A DNA stretch of 61,186 nt, counting the filler, from Basidiobolus ranarum (taxonomy: Eukaryota): the NCBI GenBank assembly GCA_040143965.1. It is 20 parts of 20 records of this genome, joined end to end, with 100 filler letters (N's around TTAATTAATTAA, not from the genome) between each part and the next. Parts side by side here need not be neighbours in the genome. Positions count along the whole stretch, not along the records: positions 46,012 to 48,967 come from JASJQH010002830.1; positions 49,068 to 52,023 come from JASJQH010002831.1; positions 52,124 to 55,079 come from JASJQH010002832.1; positions 55,180 to 58,133 come from JASJQH010002833.1; positions 58,234 to 61,186 come from JASJQH010002834.1; 15 more parts are not named here. The stretch is one strand, 5' to 3'. Under the pieces are notes generated by a model. It was not told the DNA's origin. It ran no database searches and was given only the letters and a program-made list of their open reading frames with translations. Position numbers and translations under genes: made by a program. Shown piece after piece: positions 48,965 to 60,510 of the stretch. The number at the start of each line of letters is the position of its first letter. Within the stretch, counting starts at the first letter, position 1.

Positions 48965-51854
48965 CTCNNNNNNNNNNNNNNNNNNNNNNNNNNNNNNNNN
49001 NNNNNNNNNNNTTAATTAATTAANNNNNNNNNNNNNNNNNNNNNNNNNNNNNNNNNNNNNNNNNNNNCACTAGACTTTGACATTCAACATCTGTGGGAAA
49101 TAGCAAACTCTAAGGTTTTCAACTAATCTTAGAATATCCATACTTTGTTATTTTCTTTATATTTTAACTTCAACTCTTATTGTTAGCATATTATGCTACA
49201 TTAGCTTATTTGTTTAATAGTAGTTTATCTAATTATTAAATAAATATTACACCCTGTGGTGTTTATCTTCTCCTCACCCTCATGTTTGTAGTGCACATTG
49301 AGGAATGAGTGGTCTTTGTAACCCCTATAAAATCATAGGAGAAAATCAATGACATGGTATCAGTTGTTATTGGATAATTAATCTTTATTCAACATCATAG
49401 TTAACTTTAGTTATGATACATATATCAGAAACAGATAGCAATGTATCTATAGCCCCTATATTCTAAATAGGAATATCTCTATATCTATATAACAAGTATG
49501 TCTTATTAACCCCACTAATCTATTATATTTTATTACACAAGCTCCTGAATATCTCAAACAATTGGTTTACTTTTCTACTATATAAGTCACCATATACTCT
49601 TAAGAATAAACTAACTAAAAACACACTATCATAAGTTGCTTCTAATACTCAAAGTCTACCCCCATTATGTCAAGATCCCCCAACAGTTATATGCATGCCA
49701 AAAGTAAAAATGTTTTTAAAAAGAGGCTTTGTTGTGCACCAACATATAAAGTTGTTTAACTTACACCATATCTATACAACTTGCATGAATATCTGCTTAG
49801 TCCATCATTATCACTAACTAGTCACCTGACCTTATCCAGTGACATTATCATGTAACCTATCACCTGACTAACTATCAATTTGCTTATCTCTTCTATCAGA
49901 TCATACGACCCATCACATGATCATTATCCAATTAGTATTAACCTCTGAGTCATCTGCCCTGACACAAGTCAATTTGAGTCACAAGATTCACAACCAATGA
50001 TCTTTCACTGCCAAGACTTCAGCTGATGCATGACTCACTTATCCATCTATCTATCTATCCAATCACATTTTCTTTTATCAGAATTAGTCATCTAATATCT
50101 TGGTGCTGACTAATTCACTTTGCTATCAAAAAATACAAATAAAGCTAACTGAACCTTTTGTTTAGTGTGTGTCTCAATGAATATAGGATCCCAACACTTC
50201 TCAGTGTTTCTCAACAAATTCAATATTCCCCTCTCATTCCTATCCAAGCCTAGTATCCACTAGCACCTACAGAATACCAAGCCTAGCTGCCTAACAAACC
50301 TACTCTCTACCATATCATAGCAACCCACTGCTATTCCCAAGACATATATTAGTTAGATCTGCTCTGCTTATATATCCTGCTTAAACAGTTCTAAGATTCT
50401 GCACTTGACTGTTTCTTTGGTTCAGTAAAGTTCAAGACTTTTTATCCACTTTTCTCTTGGACACAACAGGCTTACATTTGTAGTGTGCATCAAGGGATGA
50501 GTGGTCTTCATGACTCCTTTAAAGTCAGAGACACAATATAATGATGTGGTAACAGTTATATGCACTATGGAAGTAAACAGGTTTTTCAAAAGAGACTCGT
50601 GTTTGTAGTGCAAGTTGACAGTCTACTACCAATGTAGCCCCTATAAAATCAGGGGCAATGCATAAAGGCATGTTTCCAGTACTGCGCAGCTTGTAAGTTA
50701 GTATGTTTTTGAAATTATAGAGGGTTCTGTTGTGCATGTTGCTTTTATTTACATTATTTGGAATACCTTAGTTTCAAATACATCACATTTTATACAACAT
50801 TTTAAGTTTGTAGCACCTTTGTGCTGCACAGGCTACATAGCCCAAAAGCTTATTTTAATGACTAGTTTATTGTTTTGTGGATAAATAAAGATATACAGAG
50901 CCTAGTGCTAGTGATATGTCAATATTTATATAACATGAGCAGAAAGCTTTTTATCAACAATTTCAATATTTCTAGATTTGTAATATAATGATGATATATC
51001 CAATATTCACTTTCTTCTTAATTTAATTTTGTAGTCTTCACAAAGTTCTTACAAATATTACTGATTCTTAATGTTAATCAAGTTTCCTGATTACTCTCAA
51101 TAGTATATAAAGGATATTCTCAATAAGTAATTTGGGAATTATTAATCTAAAAAGTAGATAGCCTACTTATGGTAAAATTAAAATACTTAAAAGCTTTCAG
51201 AGTCTGAAGGAAAACATCTGCACTTTTGTTTCTAAAGAGACTTGCAAATTAATAGAAATTAAAAAAATATTCAATATCTGAGAAATTTCTCTATATTCAT
51301 AAAAACTATGAAAGCTAAAATAGGCTGTGTTATAATGTTGGAAGCAGTGTCTGTTCCTCAGAGGTGTCAAAGGTCAGAGATCTGACCTTTGGAAAATTTG
51401 GGCAGGCCCAATTCTTCCCATATAATGGTGACTTGAGTATATTGTGACAGAAGGGTGTACATGAGGGATTGCATCCCCCAATCCCCCTGCTTTCTTTTTT
51501 ACATGGGGGATGGTATCCCCCAGACCCCCTCTTTTCATCCTTACCCTCCCTTACCCTTACCAGAGCATCTATACACTGGATTAATCAATCCTCTACCCTT
51601 GTCCATGTTGAAGTTTATTATCTATATCATATTTATTATCTCTATCTTTATACACCTAACTATTTCATATATCACATATGAGTTAGTTAACATTACTTAC
51701 TCAAATATCAGTTAGCTGAAAATTGGAACATATATTATATATATATGTGAATAATGTGAGAATTAGCAATTCCATAATGGAAATTTCAAACTCATCCAAA
51801 TTGCCCCAAAGATAGCTCATTTTACTCCCACAGATGTTCTGAACACAACTCCAG

Positions 51855-51996
51855 TGTTAGTTTTCTGTATTTCCACCAAAAAGTATAAATGCTTTATTTC
51901 TGGACAATAAATAATTATCTCACAAAGCTATTCACAACTCCACTTTTCTAAAGTTCCTCCAAACAGCCCATATTTTCCCAATAGGTTATGAGCCCC
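51855..51996 (+). mobile_element. Short (129-bp) copia 5' LTR plus PBS GGTTATGAGCCCC
   Basis: TGTTAG...CCCAATA (51855-51983) followed directly by a Ty5/copia-type PBS; second copy of the LTR at 3081-3208. Confidence 0.8.
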
Positions 51997-52123
51997 ATGT
52001 TCTAACCTTTACAGCATGACAGANNNNNNNNNNNNNNNNNNNNNNNNNNNNNNNNNNNNNNNNNNNNTTAATTAATTAANNNNNNNNNNNNNNNNNNNNN
52101 NNNNNNNNNNNNNNNNNNNNNNN

Positions 52124-53445
52124 AATGACGGAGACTTGCGCTGGTTGTATATATAACAAACAGTTTCCATTCAGTGATACTGGGAAGGAATTTGGTACGT
52201 TAGGGCATCCTTCCAGCGAAGTATGTTTGCGAATCGTCGATGATGATGATCAAATATTGCCAGCTGGCTCATGCGGGAATCTGCAAATATCGTGCCCTCA
52301 GCTATTCAAGGGCTATTATAACAATCCTGAGGCTAATGAACAAGCCTTCACTAAGGATGGCTGGTTCAGAACAGGGGATACAGCTAATCTTGCCAATGGG
52401 GCCCTGGAACTTGTTGGAAGAACCAAGGATAGTATTATTCTTCGTGGTGTCAACTATTACGGCAATGAACTCGAGGCTGCATTACAAAATATAGAAGGGA
52501 TTGTCCCTTCATTCGTCGCAGTTTGCCCTATTCGGCCAAAGGGCTCTCAAACCGAACAAGTTGCCGTTTTCTATCTTCCTTCATTTTCTCTATCTGATGA
52601 AGAAGCTCTTCTTCGTACTCATTCCAGTATTCAACAAAAACTGATTCAGTTTTGCTCTCAAGCACCTCACGTAATATTGCCACTCTCCAAAAACATCTTG
52701 ACTAAAAATTCATTGGGCAAGTTATCAAGAGGGAAACTACGTCAACGATATGAAAAAGGGGAATTTGATGAATTCTTGAAGATTGTTGAGCAAATTGTCC
52801 AAACAAGAAAGGCTTTGAAATATAAGAAGCCAACCTCCGATACTGAAATCGCTCTGGCTTCCTTCTTGTGTAAGATATTTGATGTACCTTCAGATGATAT
52901 GTGTGTAGAAGAGAACTTCTTCAGTATGGGAGGCTCGTCTCTAGAAGTCGTACAGTAAGTGTATTTTGTTTAACCGATGATTTTATGCATTTATTAAGTA
53001 GATTTCTATTGTATAGATACAAAGCGAGAATTATTGAACACTTCAATCTAGCCAAGGTAAGTTGAGAGTTGTACTACGGAATAGCCATGACTTTTGTACT
53101 AATCCATATTTTCCATTACAGAATTGGCCAGTCATCAGAATTATGCAACATCCAACTATTCGAGCACTTGCAACACATTTGGATGAATCCAAATCAAATG
53201 CCACTGGAGGTGCACTTGCAACACATTTAGATGAATCCAAGGTGAAGGCCACAACATGTTTTCGGACTAGCGTTATAGGATGGTTGCATGTTTTTGGACT
53301 AGCATTACAGGAGAATTACGTGTTTTTGAGCTGGGTTACCGGATATGCATTCCAGGATAATTTCACATTATCAAGCTGCCTTACAGGTCAATACTATGCT
53401 TACAAGTTGCACTATGGGACAATTACATGTTTACAAGCTGCGTAG
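52124..53445 (+). CDS. NRPS-like adenylation-thiolation enzyme of the alpha-keto-acid-dimerising (AtrA/TdiA/MelA-like) type; 5' truncated, TE domain absent (possible pseudogene)
   Basis: MTETCAGCIYN, GYYNNPEAN..DGWFRTGD, GRTKDSII, VFYLP, KNSLGKLSR, carrier motif FFSMGGSSL. Introns 52955-53016 and 53057-53121 complete the T domain (..HPTIRALA); the frame then ends at 53445 in unrelated sequence. Confidence 0.82.
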
Positions 53446-53544
53446 CAGGATAATACTATGTTTAATGGCTGTGTTACAGGACAATATCATGTTTTATTAT
53501 TATTCTCGACCTATTTGTTGTCATGGCTGAGGAAATGGTAGAGG

Positions 53545-53605
53545 ACACTGACAAAAGATGGATTTGAAATGCAATTTGGTACAAATCATTTGGGTTACTT
53601 TGCTC
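53545..53605 (+). pseudogene. Isolated short-chain dehydrogenase fragment
   Basis: Translates TLTKDGFEMQFGTNHLGYFA, close to the T.DGFE.QFGTNHLGHF motif of retinol-dehydrogenase-like SDRs; no flanking SDR sequence recognised. Confidence 0.65.
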
Positions 53606-54133
53606 CAAAGCCAATCGGACAAGTAGACAGATTAGAGTTAAGACAAAATGTCAGGTAAGAAATAATAAACCATAATTCATTTATTGTAGTCTATTGCCTA
53701 ACATAATTCATTACCTTTATTTTAGTCGATTGCCTAAATACAGCCAGCATTGAATATTTCGATACTAACCTAACTAGCATTAAGATACTAGAAGTCAGCC
53801 GCAGTAAGATTAGCTAGGAATATCCATGATTTGGTATCGATATACCTTATTTGTATGGTTTACTCAGTGGATCCTTTCCGAATCCTTTCCCCATGTTACC
53901 AAATTGTTAGGGTTAGGTTATTTTCCCCGTGTTACCAAATTGTTAGGGTTAGGTTATTTTCCCTTTATAGTTAGTTTCGGTGCAGTTGCTTTCTTAGTGC
54001 TTTACAACTATTTCTAAGTTGAATGTACAAAATTGAGTAAGCAAATTTATTGAGCGGGTCACATATATATATAGCATTAATTATTTTTATTGTTTATACA
54101 AGTTATATATACTATACTCTAATATACTACACT

Positions 54134-55057
54134 CTAATAATCAACTAAATATTGACTGAAATATTGTCCAAGCTTTTGAGTCACTGGGTCAACATACTTG
54201 AGGACATCGTAAAGATCGACATGTGATGCTCCAGAGACGAGGAAAAGTTCTTTAGGTTCTTTGGCTTTCTGAATAGCCTTTTCACTCAAATACTTGGTAT
54301 CAGCGTCGGTTCCAGCAATCAGCAAGATTGGACGAGGTGCAATCAAGTGCACAAAGTTGAATGCTGAGAATTGTACCAACTTATCCATGCTTCTGAAAAC
54401 ATACGCATTTGTACTGTTGGGGTGTTGAGCACGAGGGGTGCGATAGTAATCGTATGCCTCTCTGTAGAGACTACGAGGTGGCAATGCTTCTGCATCTGCA
54501 GCAGTCTTTGGAACCCAATTACTCAGGTAAGGCTGCTCACCTCTTGCCTCTCTTGTTCGTTGTCTTGCGCACTCTTGTAAGCCTTTTTGTAAATCTTCGA
54601 ACGAAAGGCTACCATTCATGCCCTCTCTCCATAACTCGCCAGTGTCTGCGGAACTGATTCCGGCTACAGCCTTAATGCGTACATCAGTTTGGGCCGCACA
54701 GGTAGCGTATCCTCCTGCAGCACAAATACCTAGAACACCAATCCTCTCTGGATCAACTTCTTTCAAGGTTGTGAGATAGGAGACGGCACTTTTGAAGTCC
54801 TCTACTCTCTGGGCGGGGTCCTCCAGATATCTTGGAAGACCTTCACTTTCACCTTGGTAAGCAGCATCAAAAGCTAAAGTAATAAACCCAAGGTTACATA
54901 ATTTCTCAGCGTAAAGACCAGCGGTCTGCTCCTTAACACCTCCACCAGGATGGCCAATGACAATAGTAGCGTGCTTTTTAGGTTGAGTATTTTCAGGAAG
55001 ATAAAGGTTTCCGGCAAGCTTGATACCTTGGCTTTGGAAAGTTACTTTGCTTGGCAT
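54134..55057 (-). CDS. Alpha/beta hydrolase, YcjY-like (bacterial-type), intronless
   Basis: GHPGGGVKEQTAGLYA, FDAAYQGESEGLPR..EDP..RVED, nucleophile elbow GICAAGG, IAPRPILLIAG, GASHVDLYD. Confidence 0.9.
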   Translation of the reverse strand: MPSKVTFQSQGIKLAGNLYLPENTQPKKHATIVIGHPGGGVKEQTAGLYAEKLCNLGFITLAFDAAYQGESEGLPRYLEDPAQRVEDFKSAVSYLTTLKEVDPERIGVLGICAAGGYATCAAQTDVRIKAVAGISSADTGELWREGMNGSLSFEDLQKGLQECARQRTREARGEQPYLSNWVPKTAADAEALPPRSLYREAYDYYRTPRAQHPNSTNAYVFRSMDKLVQFSAFNFVHLIAPRPILLIAGTDADTKYLSEKAIQKAKEPKELFLVSGASHVDLYDVLKYVDPVTQKLGQYFSQYLVDY

Positions 55058-55462
55058 GTTTAAATGTATATGTTAGTTCNNNNNNNNNNNNNNNNNNNNN
55101 NNNNNNNNNNNNNNNNNNNNNNNTTAATTAATTAANNNNNNNNNNNNNNNNNNNNNNNNNNNNNNNNNNNNNNNNNNNNTTCGGAACGGGAAATAGTGCG
55201 CCGGCCTTGAGGTTTGATTGGAATAATTTAGTTAGAGAAGGATCTACATTAGCTAAAGGAGTAAATTCTTACATGCACCCAGGATCCTCTCCCATTGGCC
55301 AACACACCTTGGATCATTAATCACGGCGTAATATTCACGATTAGTTTAATCTCGACCATTAAATACATCATTTTTGACTTAGACATGATCTTGTTCCTTC
55401 TTTTTCTCCCTTTCCTTTTTAATGACACTTGATGGCTACCATTGGTGGCTGGCCAGCGACAC

Positions 55463-55470
55463 TATATAAA
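55463..55470 (+). promoter_or_regulatory. TATA box upstream of the cyclin gene
   Basis: TATATAAA about 160 nt upstream of the ATG at 55625. Confidence 0.45.
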
Positions 55471-55624
55471 GGTTGGCCATTCCTTATTGAGTCTTCATCG
55501 CACTGAACTTGCATCTGCTTTTCTAGTGATCATCGCTTTCCCCACCCCTTTTCATTCATTACGCAGAGTCGTTAGATAGATAAGGGACTAATTCAACATA
55601 TACTTTCTTGAGTAGCTTCTGTTA

Positions 55625-56428
55625 ATGAGCACCTTGGACTCTCTTTTCTTTTGGTCTGGACACACTTCCAAAGCTAATGGCGTCTCGAATCGTTCGAATC
55701 TAGGTTACATCCCTTTCCCACCTCACTTAACTTCTCAACACCAACTGCCTGCTTTGCAGTGTTCTGGTATGGTCAAGCGTCAAGTTCCAATACAACATAC
55801 CAGTGGATCGTCAGTTCCGAGCCTAGAAGACCATCCTGACATCACTGGTCTGATTGCCGATGTTGTCTATAACACCATTCATGGGAGTAACACATGGGGC
55901 TCCTACTCTGCTAGTCCATCCTTTCGGAATTATGCTAAAGAGCTTATGCGCAAGCTGTACATTAGCTCTGCTTCTATCCTTCTCAGCGTGAAATATCTTC
56001 ACCAATACAGGATCATCAATCCAATGGTTAAATTCGAGGATGGTCATGAGTATCTGCTGTTTACCGTGGCTCTTATTACCGCTGCCAAATTTCATGACGA
56101 CCTAGTTTATACAAACAAGACTTGGTCTGAGACCTCTGGCTTTCCACTTCAAGTCCTGAACTTTGTAGAGATAGAATTCTTGGCCGCACTGCGATATGAT
56201 TTGTATGTCAGTTCCAAAAATTACAACCAGTGGTTAAATACTCTTCAACATAACTTGGGAAATGCTGCTCATGCTCGTGCCTGGGATGCTCAGCCTACAC
56301 AAGCTCCCTGTGGATGTCATTTAACGGCAAGAAACGAACTTGTTGCGTGTGGTAAGCATTCACACAGTAGAAATCGTCCCCATGAGCACTTCCCCCGTCA
56401 CCAACCTTTGCAGTCCTACCTTTTGTAA
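55625..56428 (+). CDS. Pho85-type (Pcl/Clg1-like) cyclin
   Basis: Cyclin box LFTVALITAAKFHDDLVYTNKTWSETSG..LNFVEIEFLAALRYDLYVS. Confidence 0.85.
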   Translation: MSTLDSLFFWSGHTSKANGVSNRSNLGYIPFPPHLTSQHQLPALQCSGMVKRQVPIQHTSGSSVPSLEDHPDITGLIADVVYNTIHGSNTWGSYSASPSFRNYAKELMRKLYISSASILLSVKYLHQYRIINPMVKFEDGHEYLLFTVALITAAKFHDDLVYTNKTWSETSGFPLQVLNFVEIEFLAALRYDLYVSSKNYNQWLNTLQHNLGNAAHARAWDAQPTQAPCGCHLTARNELVACGKHSHSRNRPHEHFPRHQPLQSYLL

Positions 56429-57766
56429 ATAGCACCCTCAACATACTCGCATTTCTTTAAAGCACAGTCGGCCTGATACAATTGCCTTCGTTGTTTCCAT
56501 TATACTTTTATTTTTTTAGCTCTAGTTTCTTTCTTATCCTTTCCTTTAATTAGCTAGTTTAGTCATAAGAATAGAAAAGACCCAAAAAAATTGTAAAAAC
56601 GCTTAGTCTTGAGCGATAATCAGTTGGCTCTAGATGACTTTAACTGTTACTCTTTCATGTTCATCTTTTTACCGATTAGCCAAATTGACGTAAGAAAGTC
56701 AGGAACCCCTTAAGATATATCACCCCGTATCTCCCATCCAGTTTTGAATTTAACATTTCTAACTTCTTCAGTTGTACTATCACATCTTTTAAACATGGCA
56801 TATTTTATTTTGTATTATAATAAATATTTTAACGAAAACACATGTATAGTGGTAATACAAACCATGCGATGCATTGTTAAGATCCGTACCTAGAGAAATC
56901 AACCACTAGCACAGCAAATAGTAACATTTGAGAAATCCAAACAAACTTCCAAATGGAACTTCGAATGATAAATTATAGGCAGCCTCCATATCCAACCTTG
57001 ATTCTGGCTGTCCCAACCCTATCTGTGAGTCCAACCCCTTACCACAATTTAGATAAGGATGTCGCATTCTGTGCAACCCACCCGATGAAACCATGCACTA
57101 ACCATAACCATTAGGATAAGAGTACTTGGATCAATTTGATATTCGTATAGATGAATTTACTTTGATGCTTGAAGGCCTCAGTTTAGCAATGTCAGAGGGA
57201 AGCATTCTCATACCTACCTGTTGTATGCATAGAATAGTACAGTGTACATGAGCAACAACCCATGGTACCGAAGTTCACTTCACCTGATGCCTCTTCCATG
57301 ACTCTCTCATAAAACAAGCTCTATTGTTGGACCAATATCCATCTAAACCCTCACTAACATGGAAAATGATGATCTAAGTATATTCCAGGTGGTTTATTTA
57401 AAGTGTATGGAAACACCGGAGATAATATCATTTTCTATTTGCTTTTTAATCAAATTAATCGAAGAATGAATTGGATAAAGCGATGGCTTCACTGATGTCT
57501 CAATGGGTCAACCGGTCTTCCTGGACTAAGATGAAGTACGTGTGGTACTTTTGGTTTTATGTGGGTCAAACCAGAGAGAAAATAGGGTGAGAGGGAGAGA
57601 GAGAGTGTGTGTGTGGGATGAAGGTACAAGTGAGGCTTTCACAAATTGGAATATAAATTTCTAATCATATTTGTAATATGATTTCCTACACTAATTTTGG
57701 GGGGATGTATGGGACCACACCCTCATTCTATAATTGTTGCGCTTTGGTCACGTGTAGAACAGAGAT

Positions 57767-58025
57767 CTAAGCAATATCTGGATAATAGAATGGAAGAACA
57801 CCAGCTACATTCACCAAGAGCTCCGGATACCTGATTCTGAGTTCATCTGGAAACCCTCTGGATAAGTTGATACAGCCCAAAGCGTTGATCAACTTTAACT
57901 GTTTACAACTTCGGGCCAGCTCCCATATCGCCACCTCGCCGACACATTGGCAGTATGAAACATTCAACACCTTCAGCTGCGTACAGTATACAGCTAGAGC
58001 CATGACTCCCGTATCACTAATCGTT
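57767..58025 (-). CDS. C-terminal exon of a cysteine-containing LRR (F-box/LRR-like) protein
   Basis: ISDTGVMALAVYCTQLKVLNVSYCQCVGEVAIWELARSCKQLKLINALGC fits the LRR_CC consensus. The upstream splice structure could not be resolved. Confidence 0.7.
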
Positions 58026-58233
58026 GATCATGATTGAGCAAACGACTTTACAATGGATTAATTTAATGTCTAACCAAAGATAATAATGGCATCCACACCT
58101 CAGACATACCAAAGCTAACTAGTATAAGTTTGTNNNNNNNNNNNNNNNNNNNNNNNNNNNNNNNNNNNNNNNNNNNNTTAATTAATTAANNNNNNNNNNN
58201 NNNNNNNNNNNNNNNNNNNNNNNNNNNNNNNNN

Positions 58234-60510
58234 CCTGAAGTGATGTACTGTTTGCACACAATTGGCAATCACCCAATAAGGCAAATTTTGTTCATATTTG
58301 GCTTACATGCTGTTGATTCCCCATCTTAAAGTTTTTATGAAATCACCCAAATACAGATCATGGATCCAATACCAAAGTACTCACCATTAAGCTGATGGTA
58401 TTACCAATATACTTGATGGATATCACTACCAGAATCTTAAAAGTCAAGGTTTCTTTGAAAATATGTATGATCATGCATTTTCATTGGCTCTGGATGGTTT
58501 CTTACTAAACAAACATATCATTGGAGAGGCTTGCTGGCCAATAATTTTAATTAACTTAAATCTTCCTCCTTCTGAATGGTTTAAGAGTCGTAATATTTTG
58601 ATACTATCCATCATATTTGAACCTAAATCACCAGTACTTATAGATAGCTTCTTGCAGCCTTTGATTGCAGAATTTGAATGGTTATCTAATGGGGTTCAGA
58701 TGGGTGAATATTTCTTTAAGGCTAATATTGATGTATGTATTGGTGACACTTCTGTCATCAGTATACTTGAAGGTTTTTGTGGGCACAATGCACTATCTTG
58801 CTGAGGATATTGTCAAATCATTAGAGTTTACTATATCCAGCATGCACATTACTATTATCCAAATACAAGACTAAACTCCATGATATTACTGTCAAGGGCC
58901 TTGTCAGATTTCAGCATGCTCAATGATATCAATTCACCAAATAGTCAGTCTAACATCAGACTTGGTATTAGCTGTAGCCTAAGATTATATTGCTAAGGGG
59001 ATCAGCTGAAGCCTGAGCTTCCAATTAGGCACTATGCACTTACTATACAACAACATTCCAATGCTACTTACTCAGCCATATAGTGGAATATTCTATATGA
59101 ATGAGCCATTCAAGATAGGAGCAAAGTTTGAATTAATTGGCAAAATGCTTGCAAATGTCAAGATACCACCATATTTTACCAGGACTCCCACGAATATCCA
59201 CTCATCTAAGCTTTTGTGCAAATGCAAAGACTGGAAGTATTTGCTTTGTATATGTTCAAGCAGAATCTTCAAAATATTTCTGCCTGATAAGTGCTGCAAC
59301 CTTGGGAGTTGTTTGTGTATATTGTTAATATATTCTTACAGCATTAACTCACATTGGCAGATCTCAGGCAGATACAGCCACTGTGAGAAGATTCTGTAAT
59401 TAGATATGAAAAACTTTATTTCAGGTTTAAGGAAGATAGATTGAATCTATGCCAGCATTTAATACATTCCCTGCTGCATCTTTCACAATGCATAGAGATT
59501 ATAGGCCCTTGCTAAACATTGTGGGAGTTCCTAATGGAGTGCACCTGTGGTGAAATAAATGCTCCATATAAACTTTCAGTATCACCACATACTAATTCAA
59601 TTAACAATGTGCCAGCAAAATCTGTGATGGATGTAATGCAATGGGTTAAGGAGACTACAGAGTACATTAGCCTTACAACAAAGGGCTCTTTTCAATGAGC
59701 TCATGAGTTTTTGCAGTGTTTGAGCATAATAATGGCAACAAAGCCCAATCCATGGATACCGTGTAAATACCTCTATAATTTTGACTAATTTGTTTGTGTA
59801 ATAATCTGATGGTATTGCTAGGAAAGCTGCAAGACAGACTTCTTGATGAGATAGATTAAGATATACAGTATTATTGTTTTAGCCATGGGGTAATCTATTC
59901 AAGCAATGACACATCAACTTGTGACAGGACATTTGTTGACTGCAAGTTGGGGATATTTTGGCTAAGTTCCATACCAAAACTTGCCAAAATCCAAGAGCTT
60001 ACTCTTGTTGGGAATGGTAGCAAGAGTAAGCTACTTGCCAAGTGTCAGTGCTATTCAAAATTTAAATGGTTTAGCAGTTTTTCCACCATTAGTTTGCTGG
60101 TGAAGCATATTGATGTTGTTGAGTTATGTCTCATTAGTCAAATATGTGCATATGTAGAGACTAAACACAACAAGATTCTTGTATTTTTTTATTCTCATTA
60201 TGACTGGAACACCAAGTCTAAGATATATAAATATAGGCATGCATATTAATTTGAATTCCTATAGCTGTAAACCCAGTAATTTGCCATTTAAAAAATGAAT
60301 TTTTGCAAAAATTGTTGGAAATGTTTTTTTTAGGAGCGTGAAAATTTTAACATGAATGAACACCATTAAAATACAATCAAGAAGCCACCATATTACCATC
60401 AAAATCCTTTGCAGAATGCAATCCACCAAAATTGCGATGGTTCTTGGATGGTTTTGTAATCCTGAAGGGTGGATCCAATCTGGATCAAATTGACTTTATT
60501 GTTGTTAGGG
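58234..60510 (+). mobile_element. CACTA/En-Spm (Transposase_21/tnp2-type) pseudogene with right terminus
   Basis: LALDGF..CWPIILINLNLPPSE..IIFEPKSPVLIDSFLQPLIAEF..NGV; ends ...TTGTTAGGG at 60510, the inverse of the CCCTAACAA terminus. Confidence 0.85.

Noticed and set aside
24588-55057. Apparent secondary-metabolite cluster (ABC transporter, dioxygenases, NRPS-like gene, hydrolase, peptide precursors)
   Set aside because: These genes lie on different size-sorted scaffolds; only the NRPS-like gene and the hydrolase are physically linked.
2981-58233. Regular ~3-kb periodicity and the repeated TTAATTAATTAA palindrome
   Set aside because: Artificial scaffold-joining spacer; ORFs containing X that run into it are artefacts.
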